This document shows positions 41,688 to 51,472 of a stretch of 64,000 bases of DNA, piece after piece. Positions within the stretch are counted from its first letter, which is position 1. The number at the start of each line of letters is the position of its first letter. The translations under genes and the position numbers were made by a program. A model generated the notes under the pieces. It had not been told where the DNA came from. It searched no databases and saw nothing but the letters and a program-made list of their open reading frames with translations. The stretch is from Terriglobia bacterium (GTDB lineage Bacteria; Acidobacteriota; Terriglobia; 2-12-FULL-54-10), in NCBI GenBank assembly GCA_963666975.2, contig CAXVYR010000004.1:1952001-2016000 (forward strand), given 5' to 3'.

Positions 41688-41894
41688 ATGCCGACATTCT
41701 TATTCAAGTGTGAAAGATGCGGGCGCTACAGACCATTTTTGACCCACGAAGCGTAGCATCCAGGACAACAGGAGGGAAACCTCATACAGAAGCACTGCCC
41801 TACATGCCATACGACGACAAGCTGGGCAATGGCATTTCTGGAGCGGCGTTCCGGCAGAGACAGGCGGTCCAGCAGTGAACGGAGAGTGCCCTGA
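41688..41894 (+). pseudogene. Small zinc-ribbon protein with in-frame TAG at 41754-41756
   Basis: MPTFLFKCERCG...HEA*HPG...HCPTCH...ERRSGRDRRSSSERR. Confidence 0.55.
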
Positions 41895-42016
41895 GGACAA
41901 GCGGAATACCCTTTAGCTAGTTCCCTCGCCCCACGAACCGCACCAATCCATTTGTGAGGTTGTGAACAAACCTCACCTCTTATTTTTAGAGTATTCCTTT
42001 ACCAGCGAAGGTCGGG

Positions 42017-42286
42017 TTAAGCAGGTTGCTGCTGAATTGCGACTTCCGTATCCGGGGCAGCCGCCCGGAGATACTCCGAAGCGAGCTTCTCCTCGTCCAA
42101 TCCCAGATAGCGGGCATACTGCCGCACATAGCTTTTGTTAAAAATTCCGCCTGGGAGTAGATCAAACCGTTCCGTTTCGATTGCTTTCAGCATGCGAACG
42201 CTGATCTTGGTGTATCCGGAAATGTCTTCGAGCGAGATTCCCCTTGCCTCTCGTTCTTTGATTAAGCTCTTACCAAAGGGTCTCAT
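42017..42286 (-). CDS. RodZ-like N-terminal HTH protein (possibly truncated)
   Basis: FGKSL..EREARGISLEDIS..TKI..RML.AIE..F.LLPGGIF.KSYVRQYA. Confidence 0.75.
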   Translation of the reverse strand: MRPFGKSLIKEREARGISLEDISGYTKISVRMLKAIETERFDLLPGGIFNKSYVRQYARYLGLDEEKLASEYLRAAAPDTEVAIQQQPA

Positions 42287-42715
42287 GTTTCCTCAACTCT
42301 TTCTTTGGGCTTGCGACCATCATAATGTAAAGAACAGCCGCCTCATGGGGGGACACTTCTCAGTTTACCTCCTAAATTTAGATTAGGCGAAGGGTCGAGG
42401 GCAATCCTAAAGATAAGGGATTTAATGAAAGAAATGCCGCTATTATTGGCCTTAAATGGCTCCAGGGAGGGGTGTTGAGCGCCGGGGAGGGGCTATGATA
42501 TCGCCTCAATCTCAGATCATCATAGCTTATCATAAGCTCATCAGGGCTCAGTATGGTCGCAGCCAGCTTCAATCCAGATATGAACTAGCAGAAACAAAAC
42601 GGCTTAGCTGTTCAGGGATAGCTCGGGAGCAGTTCAGGGGCAATATGCTCGCCCTGCATCGAGTCGTTCCCCATCGTTCCCCATGGCCATCGCAGGCTGG
42701 GCGTCTGAAAATAGT

Positions 42716-43633
42716 CTAGTTTTGGCGGCGCACCCACTCGCGTGCAGTTGCCGACACCAAGTCTCCGATCAAGACCAGCAGTCCGCCCAGCAGAATCAGA
42801 AAGAACATCTCGTCGTAATGGTTGCGCGCCCGCGCGTCCTGTATCCAGAAACCCAGCGAAGATATTCCCAGCATGCCCAGCACCGTCGCTTCCCGGACGC
42901 ATGTTTCCCAGCGGTAAAAGAAGAAAAGCAGAAAACGCGAAAAGGTCAGCGGAAACAGCGCTGAAAACACCATCTGGGACCGGGTTGCTCCCAGGGCCTG
43001 AAGCGCCGCCAGAGGCGGGGACTCCGTGTTTTCCACTACCTCCGCTCCCAGGCGGCCCAGGATGCCCGTGTTGTGGATCGCCAGAGCCAGGACCAGCGGC
43101 CAGGAGGTGGGTCCGAAGATGGCCAGCAGCAGAAATGCCCAGATATATTCGGGAATGGCGCGGACGAAAATCATGAAAAGGCGGCACCCCACCACAATCC
43201 CGTTCCAGAACAGGTGAACCGGCCAGCCCGGCGATCGGGAGGGCGGGAGAAACGGAAACGGCGTCGCCAGGGTTCTGGCAGCTCCCAAAGCCAAAAGCAC
43301 CCCGCCGCAGCCCGCCAGAAAGGTGGCGGCAACCGAGATGGCCAGCGTTGTCGCAGTGGCCTCGATCCCTTTTTCTCCCATCAGTTCCCGTACCCAGAGG
43401 AGGAGGACCGAGATGTCGAAGGAGCCCGTCTGAAGCGGGTGAGGCCACAGTTCCAGCAGGAAGCGTTGCATGTTCGCTAAGCGCCGCTCGGAGAGCATCG
43501 AGTCGGCGCCGAAATCGCCAATAATCCAGGACCCGGCAGCAAGCAGCGCGAGTGCCAGGGCGCTCCAGCGGGCGGAGCGGCGCCTCGGGCGTTGCTTGCT
43601 CAGGCGGGCGAGAGCCTCCGTGTGGCGGTTCAT
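42716..43633 (-). CDS. PhnE/PtxC-family ABC permease
   Basis: RAIPEYIWA, GILGRLGAE, YRWETCVREATVLG. Confidence 0.9.
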   Translation of the reverse strand: MNRHTEALARLSKQRPRRRSARWSALALALLAAGSWIIGDFGADSMLSERRLANMQRFLLELWPHPLQTGSFDISVLLLWVRELMGEKGIEATATTLAISVAATFLAGCGGVLLALGAARTLATPFPFLPPSRSPGWPVHLFWNGIVVGCRLFMIFVRAIPEYIWAFLLLAIFGPTSWPLVLALAIHNTGILGRLGAEVVENTESPPLAALQALGATRSQMVFSALFPLTFSRFLLFFFYRWETCVREATVLGMLGISSLGFWIQDARARNHYDEMFFLILLGGLLVLIGDLVSATAREWVRRQN

Positions 43634-44553
43634 ACCACGAACCTCCGCCGGAGCACGCCGCTCCACCATTCCACGGCCACAATCAGGAAAAACAGCGTGT
43701 AGAGATAGGTCCAGACTTCGCCGTAGTAGAGGTTTTCAAACGACGCCGCAAGGTAGAAGCCGAGCGTAGGGTAGCCGAAAAAGCCCAGCACGGCCGAGGA
43801 CCGCAGCGCGCATTCAAAGCGATAGAAGCTGTAGGCGGTCATGTCGGGCAAGGCGCGAGGCAGCAGCCCAAAAAGGAAAACTTGCGAGGGAGAAGCGCCG
43901 GCTCCCCGCAAGGCATGGGCGGCATCGCGGGGGGCCTCGTCGATCATTTCAGAAAATATCTTGGCCAGAATTCCAGAAAAAGGGATTGTCAGAGCGATGA
44001 CTGCGCTCAGATGGGTGAGACCAAAAGCAGCCAGGAAGAGCACGGCCCACAGAAGCTCATGGATCGACCGCATGACTGCGATTAAAATTCGCGTGCCCCC
44101 GTAAACGAGAGGCCGCAACGTTCGCCCAATGAATCTCTGCCACCGGGACTTCCCTCCCGCGGGGTCTTCGGTCCACCATGCGCTGGCGGCCAGCAAGCCG
44201 AGAAGAATACCCAAGGGAACTGCAAGACTCATGGCCGCCGAAGCAAAAATGACGGTGTGGGCGGCTGCTTGCGCGGCCTTCCACAACAATGGCTCAATGC
44301 CGGCGGGTGTCTCCGGCGATTCGTAGGTGAGGGCCGGGCTTGCGGCTCGGGAAAAGAATTCGATCGCCATCCGCAGGCTGGGTCCTGACGGCAGCAGATC
44401 CGCGAGACCCAGATCAAGCCGCCAGAAAGCCCAGGCAGCAGCCACGGTGATGGCGAGAAGCAGAGCGGCGCGTCCTGAAACAACAGGCCTACGGGCCGGC
44501 GCCTCCCCCGGCGCGGCAGAGAACCCGGATTGCGAAGCGGGCTGATCCGTCAT
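43630..44553 (-). CDS. PhnE/PtxC-family ABC permease
   Basis: RSIHELLWA, GILAKIFSE, YRFECALRSSAVLG; ATGA overlaps with neighbours. Confidence 0.9.
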   Translation of the reverse strand: MTDQPASQSGFSAAPGEAPARRPVVSGRAALLLAITVAAAWAFWRLDLGLADLLPSGPSLRMAIEFFSRAASPALTYESPETPAGIEPLLWKAAQAAAHTVIFASAAMSLAVPLGILLGLLAASAWWTEDPAGGKSRWQRFIGRTLRPLVYGGTRILIAVMRSIHELLWAVLFLAAFGLTHLSAVIALTIPFSGILAKIFSEMIDEAPRDAAHALRGAGASPSQVFLFGLLPRALPDMTAYSFYRFECALRSSAVLGFFGYPTLGFYLAASFENLYYGEVWTYLYTLFFLIVAVEWWSGVLRRRFVV

Positions 44554-45320
44554 ATTTTGAACAGGGTCTGCAACTGATCTCCCTCGAGAGCGTCGGGATG
44601 CTGGTCGAAAACGATCTCCCCCCCCTTCATTCCCACCAGCCGGGGGAAAAATTCTTGCGCCAGTCGAAGGTTGTGCAGGCTCACGCACAGCGTCAGCTTT
44701 CGTTCCCCGGCCAGATCGGTCAGCAGATGCAGGACCGACCGCGCCCTGGCCGGGTCCACGCTCGAGACCGGCTCGTCGGCCAGCAGAATCTTCGGCTTTT
44801 GGAAAAGGGCGCGGGCAATTGCCACGCGCTGCCGTTGCCCGCCGGAAAGGCGGTCCACTCGCTGGTAGAGTTTGTCGGCGATCCCAACCCTCTGCAACAG
44901 ATCGTAGACCTCATCCAGAACATGGCTGGAGGGAAAAGTAAAAAGAAACAGCGCCCGGGCCGTCGAGATTTGGCCCAGCTTCCCGACTAGAACGTTATGC
45001 AGGACGTTCAGATTCGGGATTAGGTTCAGCTCCTGGTGGATGAAGCCGACCTTGGAGCGGAGGTGACGCAGCTCCTTGAAGGAAAGACTGTCCAGTTTTT
45101 GGCCGAGGGTGAGGACATGGCCGCTGGTGGGCCTCACCATGCCATTGAACAGGCGGAGCAGCGTGGTCTTGCCCGCCCCGCTCGACCCCACCAGCCCGAG
45201 CCTCTCCCCCCCGCCGACTTTGAGATCGACGTTTCGGAGCGCGGTCACCGATCCGTACTGGACCGAGACCTGATTCAGGGACAGGTTCCTCCCTGAATTC
45301 TCTTCCTCTTTACACTCCAT
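44550..45320 (-). CDS. PhnC-like ABC ATP-binding protein
   Basis: GSSGAGKT, LSGGQRQRVAIARAL, LADEPVSSVDP. Confidence 0.93.
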   Translation of the reverse strand: MECKEEENSGRNLSLNQVSVQYGSVTALRNVDLKVGGGERLGLVGSSGAGKTTLLRLFNGMVRPTSGHVLTLGQKLDSLSFKELRHLRSKVGFIHQELNLIPNLNVLHNVLVGKLGQISTARALFLFTFPSSHVLDEVYDLLQRVGIADKLYQRVDRLSGGQRQRVAIARALFQKPKILLADEPVSSVDPARARSVLHLLTDLAGERKLTLCVSLHNLRLAQEFFPRLVGMKGGEIVFDQHPDALEGDQLQTLFKI

Positions 45321-45321
45321 G

Positions 45322-46212
45322 CTATCTGAGCATCTCCAATTGTTCCGCCACCTGGCGAATTCCCTCGTATTCCTCGTTGGAGGCTGGGATGAGGCGTTCC
45401 CTGGGAAGGGCTGCAAGAAGGTTCGGATCTTCGATGCTCACCAAGGCCTGCTGCACCCGGTCCACGAATCCGGCGCCGAACAGCTCGTCCAGTTCCGGGT
45501 GCGCGGTCCAATTGTAGTCTGCAAAGGTGGGTGTCTGCCAGATCACTTTGCAAACTTCCGGATCGGTCTGCCCCGATTCCACCCTTCGCTCGTAGACCAG
45601 GTAGTTCACCACGCCCGCTTCGTACTGGCCGCTCTCCACCAGCTCGACGGTCTTATCGTGGCTTCCGGAAAAGGCCACCGGATGCTCAAAGAACTCCTGG
45701 GGAGACTTTCCCGAGTTCTGGCGGATGAAATATTCGGGCATCAGTCTCCCGGAGGTTGAACTTTCACTACCGAAGGTAAATTTCAAGCCGGCGATCCCGG
45801 CCGGAAACTCATCCTTTCTCTCCAATCCCGTGTCGCGGTGAACAATGAAGTAGGAGTAATAATTCGGATCGGAGGCGCCTTGCGCGATGGCCCGCGCTCC
45901 GGGAACCGCCTGACGCGCCTGCACCCCGGTCAGGCCCCCGAACCATGCCAGATGAACGTCGCTGTTTTTGAACATCTCCACCGACGCCTGGTAATCGCGG
46001 GCCGGAACGTACTCTACAGTAATCCCCAACTGCCCGGAAAGATAGTCCGCCAGAGGCTGGAACTTCTCCTGCAGCTCCGTTGTGTTCTGGTCCGGAATGG
46101 CGGAAAAGCGCAGCACCGTGCGGGTTTCTTCCCGGCCCCCTCCGCAGGAAACGGTCAGAAGGAGAGCAATTCCCGTCAGGACACTTCGTTTTAGTTTTAG
46201 TTCTTGCCACAT
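45322..46212 (-). CDS. PhnD-family substrate-binding lipoprotein, resembling the putative selenate-binding clade
   Basis: LTVSC lipobox; FSAIPDQ, LAWFGGLTGVQAR, FTFGSESSTSGRLMPE, FSGSHDKT. Confidence 0.85.
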   Translation of the reverse strand: MWQELKLKRSVLTGIALLLTVSCGGGREETRTVLRFSAIPDQNTTELQEKFQPLADYLSGQLGITVEYVPARDYQASVEMFKNSDVHLAWFGGLTGVQARQAVPGARAIAQGASDPNYYSYFIVHRDTGLERKDEFPAGIAGLKFTFGSESSTSGRLMPEYFIRQNSGKSPQEFFEHPVAFSGSHDKTVELVESGQYEAGVVNYLVYERRVESGQTDPEVCKVIWQTPTFADYNWTAHPELDELFGAGFVDRVQQALVSIEDPNLLAALPRERLIPASNEEYEGIRQVAEQLEMLR

Positions 46213-46924
46213 ATTTCTAATCCTCTCGAAGGTTAAAAGTTCCCGAAGTTTAAAAGTTATAGATGAGGTAGAGGTTCACACGATTGTCAATTCTTTCTTC
46301 CCGCCCTTTGAAATTCGTTTTCCAGTTTCTGAAAACACGGCCCGGAACGGACACGATGCAAAACGATGCGGTCCGCCAATGAGCGAAAATATTAGAAATC
46401 TTTAGAAAGCTATGAAGTCAGGAACGGCAAACTGGCGTTTAGGAAGGAATTCAGGTGAATCCTGAAAGGGTGCGCGGTTTGGTTTCAATCGTCATTGGGG
46501 TGAACACTCTTATGACACTCCGTCCCCCGGAGTGTCAAGAAAAATCCATGGTGATCCGAATTCCCGCCTTCGGCTTCGCGGTCGGGGCCGCCTGTGGCTC
46601 TTCTGCCATCGAAACTGCCTGCATGTTAGTTCGCCTGATCGCAGGAAACCTAAGTGGCTGGGGTGGCCATTTACTTGGACCGGCATTAGGGAGTGTTAAG
46701 ATACAATTTCTAATGCCTGTCGCCTGTCCAATAGGGTTCCGAGGCAGTCAAGTCCCGGGTATCTTTACAAAGCGTTGACGCTCCGAACCAGGAACGTGGT
46801 AGCCGGCTTTCCTGAAGGTTATCGGCAACTTTTGGAACAGCACCGCGATCCTCTGGAATCCCTTTAGCCGGCTTCTGGAACCGCCGGCATATTGGAGGGA
46901 AGGATCAAAGAACACGACCGCCGC

Positions 46925-48259
46925 ATGTTTTGCGCTTCTCGAAACCTCAAGCTGCTCCTCCGCGCATTGCATCACCGAAATTTTCGTCTTTTCTATTGCG
47001 GCCAGGCCATATCGCTGATCGGCACGTGGACGCAGCGCGTCGCCATCGGCTGGCTGGTCTATCGTTTGACGGGTTCGGTTTTTATGCTGGGCTTGGTGAG
47101 TTTCATCGGGGATCTTCCTCTTTTTTTGGTTGCGCCATTCGCCGGCGTGATGGCCGACCGGTGGAATCAGCATCGCATCCTGATCGCGATCCAAACCCTG
47201 GCGATGGTGCAGGCCTCGATTCTGGCAATTCTTGTTTTAACCGGCGCCGTCGAGGTGTGGCACGCCGTCGTGCTCAGCATCTTCCTGGGTCTGGTTCACG
47301 CTTTTGACGTGCCGGTCCGGCAGTCGTTTATGCCGGACCTGATCGAAAAAAGGGAAGACCTGGGAAACGCCATTGCTTTGAACTCATCCATGGTGCATGG
47401 CGCAAGGCTGCTGGGGCCTTCTCTGGCAGGCATCCTCATCGCCGCCACGGGGGAAGGGATTTGTTTTCTTTTGAACGCCGTCAGTTATATTGCGGTGATT
47501 GCCGCTTTAATCGCCATGAAAATCAGCCCGAAAGAAAAAGCAGCCGGCAACATCCGGGTCATGAAGGAACTTCAAGAGGGCCTCGCCTACGTCTCCCATT
47601 CTGTGCCGATCCGTTCCATCTTGCTGCTGCTCGGCCTGGTCAGCCTGGTCGCAATGCCTTACCAGGTGCTGATGCCGGTTTTTGCCAAAGACATTCTTCT
47701 GGGCGGCCCGCGCACTTTTGGTTTTCTTGTGGGTTGCTCCGGCCTCGGCGCCTTGGCGGGCGCCGTTTACCTGGCCTCGAGAAAAAGCGCGCCCGGACTG
47801 GAGCGCATGATTGCCATCGCCGCCGGCATTTTTGGAGTCGGGCTGATTACGTTTTCTTTTTCCCGAATTTTGTGGCTTTCTTTTTTCCTTATGCTATTTA
47901 GTGGCTTTGGAATGATGATTCAGATGGCGTCCAGTAACACGGTGTTGCAGACGATTGTAGACGACAACATGCGAGGCCGCATGATGGGCTTTTACGCGAT
48001 GGCGTACCGGGGGATGGTCCCGCTGGGCAGTCTATTGGCAGGCGTTCTGGCGGGGAAGATCGGAGCGCCCGGAACCTTGCTGCTGGGCGGAGTGTGCTGT
48101 GTTTCGGGCGCTGTACTGTTCGCCAGCAAGCTTCCCCATTTGAGGAAAGCGATTCACCCCATCTACGTGAAGATGGGGCTCCTTTCAGACGCAGGCGCCG
48201 GCGGGCAAAAACCCGGCATTCCAAAATCGATTGATGTGAGCTTGCCGGCCGAAGAGTAG
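46925..48259 (+). CDS. MFS transporter
   Basis: ALHHRNFRLF..GQAISLIGTW.Q, AFDVPVRQS, NAIALNSSM; many TM segments. Confidence 0.92.
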   Translation: MFCASRNLKLLLRALHHRNFRLFYCGQAISLIGTWTQRVAIGWLVYRLTGSVFMLGLVSFIGDLPLFLVAPFAGVMADRWNQHRILIAIQTLAMVQASILAILVLTGAVEVWHAVVLSIFLGLVHAFDVPVRQSFMPDLIEKREDLGNAIALNSSMVHGARLLGPSLAGILIAATGEGICFLLNAVSYIAVIAALIAMKISPKEKAAGNIRVMKELQEGLAYVSHSVPIRSILLLLGLVSLVAMPYQVLMPVFAKDILLGGPRTFGFLVGCSGLGALAGAVYLASRKSAPGLERMIAIAAGIFGVGLITFSFSRILWLSFFLMLFSGFGMMIQMASSNTVLQTIVDDNMRGRMMGFYAMAYRGMVPLGSLLAGVLAGKIGAPGTLLLGGVCCVSGAVLFASKLPHLRKAIHPIYVKMGLLSDAGAGGQKPGIPKSIDVSLPAEE

Positions 48260-48516
48260 CCGGCTTCCAACTGATTCCTGATGCGGTTTCCTGGTTGGGC
48301 GAGATTCCATCCGAGCCGCGACAGGCTCGCCGGGGATTCGGTGGGCGCTATCGATCCACATGTGATAGCCTGGAAAACCCAACGACCCGGATTTTATGGG
48401 TTGTCTGAAATCCACGGCCTGCAATCGAGGCCGGCAGAGTCTGCATTGTAGTCTTTGAATTGACTCCCATTTCAAAACTTGGTTGTATGGGGGATTTCCA
48501 GGAGCAAGGGGAGGAG

Positions 48517-49329
48517 ATGCAAATGGGACCAGCGGAAGCCAGTCAGGTGCAGTTGGAACTGGGCAAAAAGATGGGGAGCAAAGAGGCCAAGACCCTGGTC
48601 GATGCGCTCTATCAGAAAACCCTGGACCGTTGGGAGCAACGAGTCAATCGCGGAGCTTTCATGCAGGAGTTGAGGGCTGGGACCCTGCCGCTGGAGGCCA
48701 TCCGGTTGTTTTGGAAGAACTGGGCCTATTTTGTCTTCGAGATCAACAACATTGTCGCCTGCACCTATCAGCGGCACATCGGATTTTTCAAACGCCAACC
48801 GGACCTGCTGGCCAGCTTCAGCGCAAAAGTCGCCGACGAGTATATCCACCCGGAGCCGCCGGGGCATGTGAAGCTGGTCCTGGAGCAGACCAAAATCTTC
48901 GGCATCCCCGAAGAAGAAGTGATTGCCTGCGAGATGCTGGCCGATTGCCGGGGAATCCTGGAGTTCAAAAGAGGCTTGTTGCATGAAGGGACTCTTTTAG
49001 AATGGTGGACGGCGATGGCTACCGAGGAGCCGGTGGGACATTGGGCGCGGGAGTGGAAACAAGCGCTCACCGGAAAGTACGGCTTCCAGCTCGCCCAGGT
49101 GGAATATTTCCGCACCCATGAAGAAGCTGACCTCGAACAACATGCCGAGGGCGTCATGGGACACGGCGAGTTCAATCGGGTCGTATTGCAGCGGCTTTTG
49201 GAAGGGGGGTTGGTGGAGATGCGGCCCGGATTCTCTTTTTTCTATCCGCCGCTGACTGCGGTGGACTTTTACGGATTGTTTTTCGACGGGGTCTACAACC
49301 GCTCCCGGGCGGATGCAGGAACCCTATAG
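48517..49329 (+). CDS. Heme-oxygenase-like (TenA/PqqC/CADD) fold protein
   Basis: FMQELRAGTLP start; DEYIHPEPPGH, ATEE, YFRTHEEAD..H ligand-like pattern. Confidence 0.7.
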   Translation: MQMGPAEASQVQLELGKKMGSKEAKTLVDALYQKTLDRWEQRVNRGAFMQELRAGTLPLEAIRLFWKNWAYFVFEINNIVACTYQRHIGFFKRQPDLLASFSAKVADEYIHPEPPGHVKLVLEQTKIFGIPEEEVIACEMLADCRGILEFKRGLLHEGTLLEWWTAMATEEPVGHWAREWKQALTGKYGFQLAQVEYFRTHEEADLEQHAEGVMGHGEFNRVVLQRLLEGGLVEMRPGFSFFYPPLTAVDFYGLFFDGVYNRSRADAGTL

Positions 49330-49415
49330 CGACCATCTGGAAACTGCCGGCGTGGCGCATTCTGCAGTTGGCGGGCAAGCAAGCAGAATAGTCGTGGGGA
49401 AATTGGCGGAAAATC

Positions 49416-50975
49416 ATGACCAGCAGTGAGCATCCCGGCAGCGGGCAGCAGGCTGCCGCCGTGCTCCCCGGACCCGAGGCGTCTCCGGGTGAGGGGAGGC
49501 GACTGGCACGAAAAAAATCGCTGGCCGGTGTTTTGCTCGGCCCCGCGTTGTTCGCCGTGGCGCTGCTGCTGCCCCCTCCGGAAGGCGTTACGGAGATCGG
49601 CATGCGGTCGCTGGGCGTCTTTCTCTGGGTCATGGCCTGGTGGATCGCCGAGCCCATCCCTCTGCCCGCAACGGCCTTCCTTTCACTGGTCCTGCTGATC
49701 CTCTGCGGGGTCTTCCCTCTCGAAAGAGCCTTCGGCTTCTGGGCCCACTGGGTGAACCTTTTCCTGATCGGCGCTTGCATCATCGGCCAGGCGATGAACA
49801 TCCACGGCCTGAATAAGCGGTTCGCTTACTGGATCATGTCGCTGCGGGTGATCGGAAACAGTTCCTGGCGGTTGATGCTGGCCCTGCTGTGGGCGTGCGC
49901 CTTGCTGAGCGCCATCGCGTCCAATACGGTCTGCACGATCCTTTTCACCTCCATTGCGCTCAGTTTTATCCGGAATTTTAACATTGCCCCCCGCAGCCGG
50001 TATAGCGTGGCGCTGCTGGTTTGCGTGCCCTGGGCGGCGAGCATCGGCGGAACCGCGACGCCGGTGGGCGCAGCCGGCCATCTGTACTCGCTGGGGTTGC
50101 TGCGCGAGATGAACTTCCACGTGGGATTCCTTCCTTGGATGATGTTCGGCGTGCCCATGATGCTGATCGCCATGGCGGCGATGATGCTGGTCATCCGCCT
50201 GGTTTTCCGGCCCGAGTTTGAGGAGATTCAAGTGTCCTCCTCCTTCGCCCGCGAGGAGCTGCGGAAGATGGGGCCGATCCGCCGGGAGGAAAAAATCTCC
50301 GCCGCCGTCCTTCTGACGGCGCTGGCCCTTTGGATGCTTCCCGACCTGGCCCACTTCCTGGTGGAACCGTCGCATCCGGCGGCGCAGTGGATTCAAAACC
50401 GCCTGAGTTGGGCCGTGGTCGCCCTGCTGGCCGCGATGAGCTTGTTCATCATCCCGGTGGACTGGAAAGAAAGAAGATTCGCCATGACCTGGGACGACGC
50501 CGTGAAAGGCATTCATTGGGGAGTTCTGGCGGTCGTCGCGGGCGCGCTGGCCATTGGAACCGCGCTGAGCAGCACCGAGGTGGGACTTGGCCAGCTTTTT
50601 GTGAAAGGGATTGGGATGCTGTCGGAGTGGGGGGGAACCACGACGGCGCTGGTTGCAGCCAGCCTGGTGTTTATAGGGCTGCTGACCAACGGCGTCTCCA
50701 ATTTTGCCTCCATGAGCATTGTGATTCCCATCATGCTCTCCCTGGCTGTAGCTCCGGGGTCCGGCCTCAACCCGGTGGCGCTCACTATATGCCTGGGGCT
50801 CACCGCCTCTTGGGCATTTGCGTTGCCGTCGTCTACGCCGCTCAACGCCATTGCCTTCTCCAGCGGTATTGTGCGGACCTCGGATATGTTTCGCGGCGGA
50901 ATCATTCTGGCGCTGCTCTGCACGCTGGCCAGCATCTTGATTGCCTACCCGCTTCTCAACTGGATCTTCTCCTGA
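49416..50975 (+). CDS. SLC13/DASS-family anion transporter
   Basis: WWIAEPIPLPATA, SNT, ASIGGTATPVG, SNFAS, FALPSSTPLNAIAF. Confidence 0.9.
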   Translation: MTSSEHPGSGQQAAAVLPGPEASPGEGRRLARKKSLAGVLLGPALFAVALLLPPPEGVTEIGMRSLGVFLWVMAWWIAEPIPLPATAFLSLVLLILCGVFPLERAFGFWAHWVNLFLIGACIIGQAMNIHGLNKRFAYWIMSLRVIGNSSWRLMLALLWACALLSAIASNTVCTILFTSIALSFIRNFNIAPRSRYSVALLVCVPWAASIGGTATPVGAAGHLYSLGLLREMNFHVGFLPWMMFGVPMMLIAMAAMMLVIRLVFRPEFEEIQVSSSFAREELRKMGPIRREEKISAAVLLTALALWMLPDLAHFLVEPSHPAAQWIQNRLSWAVVALLAAMSLFIIPVDWKERRFAMTWDDAVKGIHWGVLAVVAGALAIGTALSSTEVGLGQLFVKGIGMLSEWGGTTTALVAASLVFIGLLTNGVSNFASMSIVIPIMLSLAVAPGSGLNPVALTICLGLTASWAFALPSSTPLNAIAFSSGIVRTSDMFRGGIILALLCTLASILIAYPLLNWIFS

Positions 50976-50999
50976 CCGGGGTAGATGATGGATGATAAA

Positions 51000-51178
51000 C
51001 GAATAAGGATAACCGGATAAGAAGGAATCGCATCGACGTATCGCTTCACCCTCTCGGGCGTCATGTGAATTCCCGTGTAAAGGGAATTGTCGTACAGAAA
51101 TAGGGGACACGATTCACCCGTGCGGCCGAAGGGCGTGAGCAGTGGAAGTAAAATCCCCTCGCAGACCGTGCTTGCCAT
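51000..51178 (-). pseudogene. Heavily deleted DapA-family remnant
   Basis: EGILLPLLTPF...GE joined directly to PLFLYDN..YTG..MTPE. Confidence 0.4.
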
Positions 51179-51472
51179 AGAACAATGCCCCCTAATTGGA
51201 TTTTCGGCTGCGCCCACTCCAACAACCCGGCCATCCCAGCAAAGCCTGGCGGCAACTCATGCGAGTAGTCTGGAGCTAATCGGGTGGGTATTTTACCCAA
51301 TCCGCCGTGGCCGGGGTCCCGGAAACAACCGGCACGAAAAGGGATTGAACATGGCAAAGGACTGGAGTATATTCCATTCTACATAATAGAGGCGCAGTCT
51401 TGCGCCCCTCCCAGCAAGGGCGGAAAACTGAGGTTACGGGACCATCTCGATACTTTAGGAGGTATGGAGATT

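Noticed and set aside
20256-41756. Amber recoding or pyrrolysine to explain in-frame TAGs at 20256, 30422 and 41754
   Set aside because: Many intact genes here end in TAG, one case lies in a dead IS, none is repeated in a paralog, and no pyl genes are visible
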